In this document: positions 28,714 to 38,381 of the stretch, in pieces
Numbering within the stretch: position 1 is the first letter of the stretch
Layout: each line of letters opens with the position of its first letter
IMG/VR virus record: IMGVR_UViG_3300002161_000007
Span: 1-64,000 of that record
DNA: 64,000 bases
Source: an uncultured virus (IMG/VR IMGVR_UViG_3300002161_000007)
Taxonomy: Duplodnaviria > Heunggongvirae > Uroviricota > Caudoviricetes
Strand: one strand, 5' to 3'
The notes under the pieces: generated by a model
What the model was told of the DNA's origin: nothing
Database searches by the model: none
Seen by the model: the letters and a program-made list of their open reading frames with translations, nothing else
Program-made: the position numbers and the translations under genes

Positions 28714-30365
28714 TGGCTAATAAATTCCCAGCACGTTATCAAAATGACCAGTTTTATAACTTTACTAAATATGAAGGTGGCATCAAACCAGGTAGCGAAA
28801 AGGCTATTGGAGATAAAGACAACCCTGGTTTTTTATGGCCTGCCAGTAATTATAAGAATGCTGTTACAGGAACAAACATCAAACTACAGCGTGGGTATAT
28901 GCGTATGATTGCGGAAGCATATGGGACAGATGCAGCAAGTCAAAACTTGTCTAAACGACGTTTTAACTTTCAATTTAACCCTGACGTTCTTGTACGTTCC
29001 GTAACTGCTCGTAATGATGTTCAGTTTTGGATGAACCAAGACCCTAGTCAGTTTGTTAATCCAATCCCAGGACAATCTAACTTTGCTTTTAGTTTCATAT
29101 TAAACCGTGAGGCAGAGGTAGCGTCAGGAACTTACCGTAATAATTCAAACGTTATTACTACTAATAATCGTCCTACAACAATACCTGGAGAAGTACGAGA
29201 TGTTTATGCGGCTTCACCTGGCGGTGGGGGTGGCAAAGTTGGCACTACTGTTGGTGAATATAACCCATCGTCAGTAACTGATATCGGTGTTCTAGCAGAC
29301 CTTATGGTATTTGACCAAGTTATTGGTCAGGGATTAAATCAAGATTTAGCAAACAAACTGTTAGGAAAGATTACTGACTACACAAAAGAATACAACATTA
29401 ATAACCCTACAAATGCATCCGCAGGAACAGCAGATGCTCAAGACCAACAACCACTTGTAATGCCATCAGACTTAGGCGAGTATCTGTCTGGGAATATTGG
29501 TAACTCTGCGTTTCTCATCGCTCAACCAGTACGAATAGTGTTTTCTTCTTTGTACATGGTTGAAGGGTTTATAAGCAGTTCAACTGTTACGTTTAACAAA
29601 TTTAACCTAGCCATGGTGCCAACACAATGCACTGTAGAAATTCAAATGGAAGCAATGTACATTGGATTTGCAACTAGGGATACGTTTCTTACACGTAGTC
29701 TTAAAGTTGCGCTAGAAGACACTCAACCAGGTCAGGGCAGTAGTGATGTAGAGCAAGAAGCCATAAAGTTACAGCCGCTTGCTGATGACCTTGTTAATAG
29801 AGTTGTGCGCTCTAAGAGTTCTATACCATCAAAAATAAACCCATTTAGTAATGACAGCAACAGAAAAGAACTTAAAATATCAGACATTTTAAGTAAGGGT
29901 GACAGTACGTTTTTTGAAGTATCTATGGTCCCTACTAATACTTACGATGTTAATAAAGATTTTATTGCTAAAACAGATGCCACTATGACTATTAGAATAA
30001 CGTACAAAGGTCGTCAAGGTGTTCCTCAAGACCCTGACTTTACAGGTAGTATTGGTAAAATTATCTACGAAACGTCTGCTCAATCAGAAGTTACTTGGGA
30101 CTCTGCTATTCCATTAGTTAACGCAAGGCCAACTACTTTTGAAATAACAAAATTAAACCCAAGTATTGCAAATAAATATGACACGTCATCGGCTGCTAAA
30201 TACCTTATTGAAGTCAATATTGGTTATGTTGTTTCTGGTACTCAAGGTGGTCAAGCAACTTCAAAACAATACGCTCAAGCACTTACAGAAGTGTTATATG
30301 ATAATTGGATAGACGGTGATTCATTCAATGTTAAAACTATACAGTCTTCAACAAAGTTAAATTAA
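28713..30365 (+). CDS. Tail tube initiator/baseplate hub protein
   Basis: F.FQFNP, PVRIVF....VEGFI......F...MVP motifs. Confidence 0.6.
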   Translation: MANKFPARYQNDQFYNFTKYEGGIKPGSEKAIGDKDNPGFLWPASNYKNAVTGTNIKLQRGYMRMIAEAYGTDAASQNLSKRRFNFQFNPDVLVRSVTARNDVQFWMNQDPSQFVNPIPGQSNFAFSFILNREAEVASGTYRNNSNVITTNNRPTTIPGEVRDVYAASPGGGGGKVGTTVGEYNPSSVTDIGVLADLMVFDQVIGQGLNQDLANKLLGKITDYTKEYNINNPTNASAGTADAQDQQPLVMPSDLGEYLSGNIGNSAFLIAQPVRIVFSSLYMVEGFISSSTVTFNKFNLAMVPTQCTVEIQMEAMYIGFATRDTFLTRSLKVALEDTQPGQGSSDVEQEAIKLQPLADDLVNRVVRSKSSIPSKINPFSNDSNRKELKISDILSKGDSTFFEVSMVPTNTYDVNKDFIAKTDATMTIRITYKGRQGVPQDPDFTGSIGKIIYETSAQSEVTWDSAIPLVNARPTTFEITKLNPSIANKYDTSSAAKYLIEVNIGYVVSGTQGGQATSKQYAQALTEVLYDNWIDGDSFNVKTIQSSTKLN

Positions 30366-30367
30366 TT

Positions 30368-30619
30368 ATGGCTATTAATACATCCTCACGGTACACAACA
30401 GTCATTGATACTTCCTCTACTAATATTATTGCTGTTCGTAGAGACACTACTTCAGTACGTTACACAAACTATGTAACACGTTCAGAAGAATCATTTGAAA
30501 GTCTTGCTAATCGTATATTTCGTGATGGTACTCAATATTGGCGAATTGCTGATATGAACCCACATGTTAAATTCCCCGATGTAATACCTACAGGAACGAT
30601 CATTCGGCTGCCTGCATGA
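30368..30619 (+). CDS. LysM/tail X-like baseplate protein
   Basis: SRY...E.F..LA........YWRIADMNP....P..IP.GT.IRLP. Confidence 0.8.
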   Translation: MAINTSSRYTTVIDTSSTNIIAVRRDTTSVRYTNYVTRSEESFESLANRIFRDGTQYWRIADMNPHVKFPDVIPTGTIIRLPA

Positions 30620-31785
30620 TTTTTAAAAGTAATCATCCTAACTCTCCTGATGTATCAGTTATCTTAAGTGATGTTTCAGTAGATTACGCAACAATACAAT
30701 CTGTAAGTATTGACGTGCATGAAAACATGCATGATATGGCAACTATTACTTTTAGCGGTTTTCTGACTAAAGGTATTACTGATTATGTGGGTGTTCCTGT
30801 TTATATTTCTATTGGGGTTAATGAAAGCCGAGTAATTGAGTTTTACGGTTATGTCTCGTTTGTTGAACCTGTTATGGAAACAAGAAAGGGTTTAATAAAC
30901 AACAGCCCTGTTCAAACTGCTGTGCTGACCTGTATGGGTGCATCCTATGATATGAGCAACAATAAGTACAGAGTGTGGGAAAACGTTACCCTTGCAAATA
31001 TTGTTGAAAAGATAGCAACTACTTATGGGTATTCGCTTGCAGTTCCAGATGATCGTTTTGTATGGAAACGACTATTACAAAACCAAAAGTCTGATTGGCA
31101 GTTTTTAAAAGACGCTTGTAATTCAATTGGGTATTACATGACTACGTCAGGAACCCACATACACATCTATGACCCGTACAAAGCAATTGCACGGCAACTT
31201 CCTTATGTAGAGTTACTCACTGTGCGTGGGGCATTTGGAGACTTAGAATATGCGCCTGGTCGGATTATGGAGTTTAGAGGATTATTTGGAGATATTACTT
31301 TAGACGGGGCTGTTTCTAAATATAACTATGTTGGTATTGATTCATCTGGCACTGTTGTACAAGCCTCTACTTCTGATGATGACTTTACCAAACTTGGTGA
31401 ACTTGTTGAACGGCGATATACCAACGAAGTAGCCACAAACGTTACGTCTGTTGAAATGTTAAATAAACTTGCTAAAGCGTCTACTAAACAAAATTACCCG
31501 TACAACGCCACCGCATTGGTTACTGGAGTTCCAGATCCTGTCCCAGGGTCTGTAGTTAAAATTGATAACTACGACTCCTACTTTGATGGATATTGGATTG
31601 TTAGGGGTGCCAAACATATGGTAACAAGGTCAAACTATCTAACAGAATTGACGCTATCTACTGACTCTACCAATGGTGTAATTCCAGTTAATCAACCAGG
31701 GGCTGCTTTTCAAGCGCCTCCACTACCTATTTTAGTTGACGGCAAATGGTCTGCTTCTTTAGAATTTAGTGATGTATATGTTTAG
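30616..31785 (+). CDS. Baseplate hub (late control D/gp27-like)
   Basis: Q...SDWQFL, G.P...PG.VV.I, DGYWIV...H. Confidence 0.8.
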   Translation: MIFKSNHPNSPDVSVILSDVSVDYATIQSVSIDVHENMHDMATITFSGFLTKGITDYVGVPVYISIGVNESRVIEFYGYVSFVEPVMETRKGLINNSPVQTAVLTCMGASYDMSNNKYRVWENVTLANIVEKIATTYGYSLAVPDDRFVWKRLLQNQKSDWQFLKDACNSIGYYMTTSGTHIHIYDPYKAIARQLPYVELLTVRGAFGDLEYAPGRIMEFRGLFGDITLDGAVSKYNYVGIDSSGTVVQASTSDDDFTKLGELVERRYTNEVATNVTSVEMLNKLAKASTKQNYPYNATALVTGVPDPVPGSVVKIDNYDSYFDGYWIVRGAKHMVTRSNYLTELTLSTDSTNGVIPVNQPGAAFQAPPLPILVDGKWSASLEFSDVYV

Positions 31786-32140
31786 TAGCCCTGTATACAG
31801 AGCCATTGTCACCTACTCAAATAGCGTTAATGGGGAGATAAAAGTCCGAATCCCTGCACTATCTGGGGTACTGGACGTTGTAGCGCTATCTACGGTGGGC
31901 AGATCAGCGTACAATGGTAGTTGGGTAGTACCAGCAATCGGGGAACAAATAGTCGTCACGGCTGATGACGTTAACCTTACCAACCTATTTTGGGTTCAAA
32001 CAAACCCAGTAACCCCTGTGTCTACTGCCTCTATTGAAGCAGACGTAGTAGGGCTTACTACGGATGTAAATGGGTTAACCACCCGTATTAATGAACTAGA
32101 ATCGTATAGGGACGCATTTCTATTAGGAGTCTTTAATTAA
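31778..32140 (+). CDS. Baseplate spike OB-fold protein (gpV-like, short)
   Basis: YRAIV......G.IKVRIP, VP.IGEQ.VV. Confidence 0.7.
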   Translation: MFSSPVYRAIVTYSNSVNGEIKVRIPALSGVLDVVALSTVGRSAYNGSWVVPAIGEQIVVTADDVNLTNLFWVQTNPVTPVSTASIEADVVGLTTDVNGLTTRINELESYRDAFLLGVFN

Positions 32141-32142
32141 CC

Positions 32143-32556
32143 ATGGCAACGATCAAAACCCCATTTGCTATTGCACCATCAGGGCGAGTTGAGCGTGTCA
32201 TGGACCAGAACGCTATAGCCCGTCAACAGATCATTGATGTTCTTACAACATCTAAGTTTGAGCGAACCATGCGCCCTGGGTATGGTGCGGGCGCTAATGA
32301 TTTGCTTTACGAGCCAGTAGATGATCTTATCTATGGTGAATTTAAAGCCGACGCTCTATTAGAACTTAACAAAAGAATAAACATTGCAAGTATTATTGAC
32401 GTCCGTGTAGGTGCTTCTAGTACCCCTTACTTTGCAGATGATCTTAGTAATACAATTGAGATTTCGGTTTACTACCGAACTGCTTCTCCAGGCGTTCAAT
32501 CTTTTTCATTTAACATCGCCACCCCTGGCGCTCTCACTGAGGAATCGGTAATATGA
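32143..32556 (+). CDS. Baseplate wedge gp25/GPW-like
   Basis: VLTT..FER.MRP.YG.....LLYEP. Confidence 0.85.
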   Translation: MATIKTPFAIAPSGRVERVMDQNAIARQQIIDVLTTSKFERTMRPGYGAGANDLLYEPVDDLIYGEFKADALLELNKRINIASIIDVRVGASSTPYFADDLSNTIEISVYYRTASPGVQSFSFNIATPGALTEESVI

Positions 32557-34124
32557 CAACCTTTGACTATACCAGCAGGGACTATACGTCCATTCAAAAC
32601 GACTTATTTGCTCGTGCGCAGACGCAAATTCCTGAATGGACATCTCGTGATAGTGGTGACTTTGGAGTGCTCATGGTTGACCTGTGGGCGTATATGGGAG
32701 ACATCCTTCATTACTATGTGGACCGTGCCGCTGGCGAATCTTTCCTTAATACTGCAACACAACGTGAAAGTGTTCTTGCAATTGCAAACCTATTGGATTA
32801 CTTGCCGTCTGGTCGTAGGTCAGCAAAAGTAAACATTCAACTGGACGCCAATCTTACAACGGCTACTGATACAAACCCTGTATTCATCCCTAAGTACACC
32901 CGATTTAAAGCAACTCCATTAGTGGACACTGCTTCCCCTGTTATATTCCTGTTAGACACTCCAATTGCTTTTGTAGGAACAAGTAACGGTGCCAGTACAA
33001 GCGTGGTTTCTGACGGTGTTACGTATGCAACCTATCCAAAAACACAAGTAATTTCAGTGGCTCTTACCGAAGGAGAACGCTTTACTGAAACGTATACCTC
33101 TACTGGTTTGGTTGGGCAACGAATTACCTTGCGACAAACAGGCGTTGTTACGGACAGTATTACGGTTACAACAAACGAGGGTGGCGCTGGGTCCACAGTG
33201 ACCTACGCATATGTTGAACGAATCATCAATGGAACAAACAATGACAAAATCTATGCCGTAGATATCACGGCAGATAACTATAGTGTTATTGCATTTGGAA
33301 ACAACGTTAACGGATCTGTACCAGCCGTTAACTCCGCTATTACCATTACTTACCGTAAAAGTCGTGGTAGTGCAGGTAACGTTGTTATAGGCGCTGTCAA
33401 AGAAATAGAAAGCACTACAGTACCTAACAAGCCATCATTAGATGGTTTAGTAGTTGTTCCAAACTCCTTGAAAGCCTCAGGTGGTGTTGACATTGAATCA
33501 ATGGCTTCACTTAAACAGAACATCCCAGCATCTTTTAGGTCTCAAGACCGTGCTGTGTCTTTGCAAGACTATCGTGACCTTGTACTGCGTGTTCCAGGGA
33601 TCGTACGAGCAACGTCGTATGTTAGTGGTAGTACCGTATACATTAAAGCAACCACTCAGCCCTCTGACTATGGATCATCAAACACATTGGTATTAACTAG
33701 TGAAAAAGTTACAGATATTGTTAATTACTTAGCGCCACGTGAAATTGCTTTTGTTACATCTTCAGTAGGAGCATCTGTAAGTTTAACGCCTGTCAACTTT
33801 GCAGGAACTGTTCAAATTAAAGATGGCTATATTCAAGAAGTTGTGTACAACAAAGTTGTAGATGCTATCTATTCATTGTTTGACTTTGATAACTTAGATT
33901 TTGGTACAACTGTATCGCTTGGTAGTGTTTATCGGGCTATTCTTGACGTAGATGGTGTTGATTACACCAACATTACTAAATTTACAATTACTGGGTCAAA
34001 CGTTATTGACAGCAGTGGTTCCTTTATAGGTGTTACTCCTAACGCACAATCATTGTTAGTACTTGGCTCTACATCATCCTTTACACTTACACCTAGCGGT
34101 GGCATTACCGCATCTGGCGGGTAA
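32553..34124 (+). CDS. Baseplate J/gp6-like wedge protein
   Basis: DYTSRDY, GDILHYY.DR...E.F..TA, FGNNVNG.VP, RAVSL.DY. Confidence 0.88.
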   Translation: MTTFDYTSRDYTSIQNDLFARAQTQIPEWTSRDSGDFGVLMVDLWAYMGDILHYYVDRAAGESFLNTATQRESVLAIANLLDYLPSGRRSAKVNIQLDANLTTATDTNPVFIPKYTRFKATPLVDTASPVIFLLDTPIAFVGTSNGASTSVVSDGVTYATYPKTQVISVALTEGERFTETYTSTGLVGQRITLRQTGVVTDSITVTTNEGGAGSTVTYAYVERIINGTNNDKIYAVDITADNYSVIAFGNNVNGSVPAVNSAITITYRKSRGSAGNVVIGAVKEIESTTVPNKPSLDGLVVVPNSLKASGGVDIESMASLKQNIPASFRSQDRAVSLQDYRDLVLRVPGIVRATSYVSGSTVYIKATTQPSDYGSSNTLVLTSEKVTDIVNYLAPREIAFVTSSVGASVSLTPVNFAGTVQIKDGYIQEVVYNKVVDAIYSLFDFDNLDFGTTVSLGSVYRAILDVDGVDYTNITKFTITGSNVIDSSGSFIGVTPNAQSLLVLGSTSSFTLTPSGGITASGG

Positions 34125-34126
34125 TC

Positions 34127-35776
34127 ATGGCAAGAAAGTCTTTTAGGCTTAGGCGTGTTTCTGGAGTCGGTGACGCCGTAGGGGTCGGTTCATTTGTACG
34201 AGGTCTTCCTAGTACACAGCGCCTTCTTGGTGTATCAGCCGCTGATCAAGACGCCGCACTTCGTTCAACTGGCATTATTACAATATCTGAAACCGCAGAT
34301 GCTTCTGTATTTTCAGCAATACCAATTGAATACAACGCTGTAGAACTAGCATGGCTTCTCACAAGCCCATTTGTAGCGGTAGAAGATATTACAGAAGGTG
34401 ATTCTGGGCTAATAGGGGTTGCCATTGTATATTCAACCACTGGTTATCCAGAAACAGTGGCTGACGGTAAGTTATTGGTTAACAGTGACGTTCTTAGTTA
34501 TATACACCAAGAGCAAATTCCCATCATTACAGATACAGGTACCGTAATTAAGTCAGAACCAGAACCTGGTAAATGGGCTTATTACACACTGTTTGGTTAT
34601 TACAACACCGATGGTGTTGACGGTTCTTATTTCTATGAGCGTCTTGCTTCTTTAGAGGTACTGCTTCCCTTTGATTATGGTTCACGTAGTGCTTTGTGGA
34701 AACGAGTACCGCAGTACTACCGAGAGATGGACTCTGTTAATGCATCGTTAGACCCTAATCAACTTAATCGTGGTCAACTTGAACGTTTTATTGACGTGTT
34801 TGGTTTTGAGATAGATAGAACAAGAACTCTGATTGATTCATTGATGGTTCAATACGACCCACTACTTGCTGAGGCAGATGCTGTAGAAGAATTAGCAAAC
34901 ATGCTTGGTCTTGAACTAAATGTGACTGACATTGGTGTATCACGTACTCGTGCGCTACTCCATGACATCGGATATATCCGACGACAAAAAGGTACAGAAA
35001 ACGCCACAGTGGCATACCTAACAGCCGTAAGTGGTGGAGACGTATCTGTTTTTACTGGAGCAAGCGCTCCGTACTATACGTTTGCGGTTCATTCTCAAAA
35101 AGCAAACTTAGTTGCTAATCCACAATTTGTAGGGTCTTCTTCATGGTCGGTTGCTTCAGAGTATTCAGTAACAACTACCAGTGCGTCTAGCGGAATCACA
35201 ATTACTGCTGGCGCTACAGCAACAAAGGTAGCCGTACGTTCAACTGTGGCTGTACCAGTTTCTTCAGAACATACATATTATATGTCTGGTGAATTCAGTG
35301 GTGCGTCTGCTCCCGTTGTTTATGGCAGTCTGTGGCACACCGCTAATAACTGGTCTGCATGGGGTTCAACAACCACTCAAGTTGATGAGATCCCTGCTGG
35401 TATTACTGGTAGGCGTATCTACGAAATGGATACCGCAGGGTCCAGTGCTTCCTTATATCCAGTATTAGTTTTGTATCTAGGGGCTAACCAATCCATTACT
35501 CTTAAAAAATGGATGGTAGAACCCAATAGTTATGGAGACTTCTTTGATGGAGACTCAGTGTTTGGTGGTTACCTATACCAAGGTTTCTCGCCCGACTTTA
35601 GATGGACAGGGACGGCCTACGCCTCGTATTCCATCTATACGGCTAACAGAAAAAAGACCCAAGACTCTATTGAGCGCTTGCTTCCAAAGATCCTTCCAGT
35701 TACACTTCTAGGTACCGACAGTGGGCAACCTAAGTATGAAGTGTTGTTTGATTGGATTCCTGGAAGAACATTATGA
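34127..35776 (+). CDS. Baseplate wedge/tail protein I-like with C-terminal CBM-like domain
   Basis: L...VP.YY, LERFIDVFG, RQKGT, NLV.NP.F, FFDGD. Confidence 0.7.
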   Translation: MARKSFRLRRVSGVGDAVGVGSFVRGLPSTQRLLGVSAADQDAALRSTGIITISETADASVFSAIPIEYNAVELAWLLTSPFVAVEDITEGDSGLIGVAIVYSTTGYPETVADGKLLVNSDVLSYIHQEQIPIITDTGTVIKSEPEPGKWAYYTLFGYYNTDGVDGSYFYERLASLEVLLPFDYGSRSALWKRVPQYYREMDSVNASLDPNQLNRGQLERFIDVFGFEIDRTRTLIDSLMVQYDPLLAEADAVEELANMLGLELNVTDIGVSRTRALLHDIGYIRRQKGTENATVAYLTAVSGGDVSVFTGASAPYYTFAVHSQKANLVANPQFVGSSSWSVASEYSVTTTSASSGITITAGATATKVAVRSTVAVPVSSEHTYYMSGEFSGASAPVVYGSLWHTANNWSAWGSTTTQVDEIPAGITGRRIYEMDTAGSSASLYPVLVLYLGANQSITLKKWMVEPNSYGDFFDGDSVFGGYLYQGFSPDFRWTGTAYASYSIYTANRKKTQDSIERLLPKILPVTLLGTDSGQPKYEVLFDWIPGRTL

Positions 35777-36039
35777 CCTATATCATTGCAGGTTTAGCCG
35801 TATATAAAATAATCCAATTGGCTGATGCCCTTTCACCAAGAGAAGCCATGCCATGGGTCAAGATCCTACTGACCGTATTGGTATCTGTGGGTGCTGCTTT
35901 TGTTATAGACCTAGATGGAAATCCCGCAGAACAAGTTGTGGCAGGTCTTGGCATCGCTACACTGGCGGGAGCCACCCACTCCTTGCTACGGTTGCTGACC
36001 TTAACAGGGGACATGGCGCACAAAAAATCACTTAAATAA
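35773..36039 (+). CDS. Small multi-TM membrane protein
   Basis: Three hydrophobic segments; ATGA overlap. Confidence 0.6.
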   Translation: MTYIIAGLAVYKIIQLADALSPREAMPWVKILLTVLVSVGAAFVIDLDGNPAEQVVAGLGIATLAGATHSLLRLLTLTGDMAHKKSLK

Positions 36040-36053
36040 AAGGATCAAAAACG

Positions 36054-36875
36054 ATGCTCAAGAAGTATGGAATTCTCGGTAGTGGCATAACAAGCAAGAA
36101 TGTAATTGAAGATGCCCTCAATGAACTAGGTGTGGACAATGACTTCATTGTTACCTGTGGTGCCAAGCCATCTGAATCCGAGGCACGAGTAATCAACTGG
36201 TTGATTGACATGGAAGTCAATTACGAAATCATTCATGCAGGTAAGGCTCCAACAAAGTTTATTGAGAGTGCCTCGGTTGAACAATTAGAGGTAAACCCAG
36301 CACGGGAAATGATTCGCCAACTTGCTAAGAAAAAAGGAACTCTTTTACTTCTTTGGGATGACACAGTAGTACCTGAGATGGAAGAAATCTGTTTTGATGC
36401 GGCTGATGCTGGTGTCACTATCCTTGATTTGACTAATGGTCTTGTACCAATTGTTGTGGACATTACTACTGAAGAAAAGACAGCACCAGTTCAAACTGAA
36501 GAAGTTGAGATTGAAGCCTTTACTCGTGATGAGATGCTGTCAATGTCCATTGGTGTTCTTCGCCGTACAGCAAAGTCCCAAGGGATCCAGGTAGGTACAT
36601 CTATGTCTAAGGAACAGATCGTGGATGCAATCCTTAATGACGTACCAATGCCAGACCCAATCATTGAAGATACCGAGGTAGAGGAAGTGGACATCCTTCC
36701 ACCAATTGATCTAGGTACTTTTCATGTTGTAAGTAGCGCTCAGAACGACCGAGCAATCACTAGTTCTTACAACACCTGCATGCTTACGGCAACATTCCCT
36801 AGTGGAGTGATTATGAGCCGTCCTGCAAATGTGGAAGAAGTCAAACAGTTGTTTGGCTTTGGTTCAACTGTTTAG
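36054..36875 (+). CDS. Hypothetical protein: SLOG/YspA-like N-domain plus Rho-N-like helical domain
   Basis: GILGS, LLLLWDD, A.DAGV.I.DL; L.SMSI..LR..AK..GI.....MSKEQIVDAIL. Confidence 0.45.
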   Translation: MLKKYGILGSGITSKNVIEDALNELGVDNDFIVTCGAKPSESEARVINWLIDMEVNYEIIHAGKAPTKFIESASVEQLEVNPAREMIRQLAKKKGTLLLLWDDTVVPEMEEICFDAADAGVTILDLTNGLVPIVVDITTEEKTAPVQTEEVEIEAFTRDEMLSMSIGVLRRTAKSQGIQVGTSMSKEQIVDAILNDVPMPDPIIEDTEVEEVDILPPIDLGTFHVVSSAQNDRAITSSYNTCMLTATFPSGVIMSRPANVEEVKQLFGFGSTV

Positions 36876-37145
36876 TTACCACTTAACCTTGTCAGCCCAA
36901 TAAGCGGCAGACATCTTGCCTTTAGAGATGTTCTTAGCGTGACGTGCTTTAAATGAAGCGTTACGTGCAGAACCATCAGGTGAACCTTTAACGCCCTGTT
37001 GACCAAAGCGAATCGTCTTAACTTGATCGCCTTCTTTAGCAACAACAACATGTGACTTGGTTGGGTGATCAGGTGTTGCTTTTGGTTTATTAAAACCAGA
37101 TACACCTGCACGTGTAAGTCGTGGGTCTTTCTTACTCTCAGCCAT
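36876..37145 (-). CDS. Small basic conserved phage protein
   Basis: NKPK.TP.HP.KSHVV, K.IRFGQ.G, R.SF.ARH, SAAYWA.KVKW. Confidence 0.7.
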   Translation of the reverse strand: MAESKKDPRLTRAGVSGFNKPKATPDHPTKSHVVVAKEGDQVKTIRFGQQGVKGSPDGSARNASFKARHAKNISKGKMSAAYWADKVKW

Positions 37146-37309
37146 TACTTCTTACCTTTCTTGGAGACAGCCATGTTGTCAACAAGGTTTGGATACGGAC
37201 GACCAGCGGCTTTAGCACGAGCCTTTGCTTCTGACTTCTGGTCAGGTGTCAACTTAGTTGACTTCTTCTTTGGATTGGGTTTGTCCCATACTTCTTTTTT
37301 AGATGCCAT
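37145..37309 (-). CDS. Small basic protein (54 aa)
   Basis: Own translation MASKKEVWDKPNPKKKSTKLTPDQKSEAKARAKAAGRPYPNLVDNMAVSKKGKK; stop overlaps the next start; TAAACT 6 nt upstream. Confidence 0.7.
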   Translation of the reverse strand: MASKKEVWDKPNPKKKSTKLTPDQKSEAKARAKAAGRPYPNLVDNMAVSKKGKK

Positions 37310-37324
37310 GGGAATAGTTTAGCG

Positions 37325-37413
37325 GTTGGGAGGAGAGCCATTTAACACGGGCAGGGGAGAAAGGAGGTAAAGCCCCTGCTCTGTCGTCCTGAGGAGGTCG
37401 CTCTCCTCCCAAC
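37325..37413. ncRNA. Candidate structured RNA displaying an SD/anti-SD sequence
   Basis: 14-bp perfect stem 37325-37338/37400-37413; inner GCAGGGG/CCCCTGC stem with loop AGAAAGGAGGTAAAG. Confidence 0.5.
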
Positions 37414-37510
37414 ACTCTTATTACTTTAACACCCGATCAGGAAGTGTTAAAGCAACGCCGAGAGTGTAACATGGGCGCCCCGAGAAATGACAACCTGAGG
37501 AGCACAAGAA

Positions 37511-37996
37511 ATGGCAAAGAACAACCGACTGAGTGGCCCCTTTTTACCAGTCCCAAGATGGGTGTTGCCATACATTGCAACTGACTATGTATCCCATGCA
37601 GTACTGAACCACTTCCTTCAGTACCTCCACCCTGATACCCAGGAACTGACGACGTCCTACCAGCACATTGCTGACCAAATGGGTTGTGATCGCCGTACGG
37701 TTATGCGCTCAATAAAACGACTTGAGGAAATTGGTTTGATCGTCAAACAGCACCGTGTCACTAGGTCAAATAAGAACCTGACGAATAGTTACTATGTCAA
37801 TTTTAACAATCCACTAGTGTCACACGAGTCACCCCTAGTGGTGACACTGGAGACACTAGGTAGTGTCACCACAGACACCACTAGTAGTGTCTCCCGTGAC
37901 ACCCAATCAAGAGTATCTATCAAGAGTAAGAAAATCAAGAAGAGGGAAATTTTAACAAAAGTGGATCAGAGGTTGGTGGATGAAGAAACAATTTGA
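37511..37996 (+). CDS. Replication initiator-like winged-HTH protein
   Basis: S...IA..MGC.RRTV.R.I..LEE.GLI......N..N.Y; internal iterons; GAGGAG RBS. Confidence 0.8.
   Translation: MAKNNRLSGPFLPVPRWVLPYIATDYVSHAVLNHFLQYLHPDTQELTTSYQHIADQMGCDRRTVMRSIKRLEEIGLIVKQHRVTRSNKNLTNSYYVNFNNPLVSHESPLVVTLETLGSVTTDTTSSVSRDTQSRVSIKSKKIKKREILTKVDQRLVDEETI
37816..37960. repeat. Four 18-bp quasi-palindromic iterons plus A-rich tract (probable replication origin)
   Basis: AGTGTCACACGAGTCACC (37816), GGTGACACTGGAGACACT (37840), AGTGTCACCACAGACACC (37862), AGTGTCTCCCGTGACACC (37886); then TCAAGA repeats in A-rich DNA. Confidence 0.72.
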
Positions 37997-38381
37997 CGAC
38001 TGGGGAACTGGTTTAGGCGAAGACCCCGATAGAAAAGAACCAGCCCCAAAACAGATGCGCCAAGATTCCCGAGGCTCTCTAGTTCATTTCTTTCGTGACA
38101 GTTTGCCAACCGAGAACCTGATGAGAATCACCGCCCCTGTAAATGGTCCCGCCATGATGAAAGGGTTTAAGAAACTTACAGACAAAGGCTTTACAAACGA
38201 ACAGATTCGTGAGATGATCTTGGACTTCGTTAAGGAGATCACACGCCGACCATTGCCAATAGAAGTGGCACCATGGAGAGCGTTCCTTGCGAATTTAGAT
38301 AAATACGCAAAACAGCAAAGGATGACTAACGATGTTGAACCAACAACAACCTCCATTGACCCCCGTCTCATCGGAGAATAA
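37980..38381 (+). CDS. Hypothetical replication protein (initiator C-terminal-like)
   Basis: Lies between the HTH initiator and the loader; helical. Confidence 0.55.
   Translation: MKKQFDDWGTGLGEDPDRKEPAPKQMRQDSRGSLVHFFRDSLPTENLMRITAPVNGPAMMKGFKKLTDKGFTNEQIREMILDFVKEITRRPLPIEVAPWRAFLANLDKYAKQQRMTNDVEPTTTSIDPRLIGE

Noticed and set aside
115..36694. Numerous minus-strand and alternate-frame ORFs in the ORF track
   Set aside because: They are shadows of well-supported + strand genes, with no motifs or RBS
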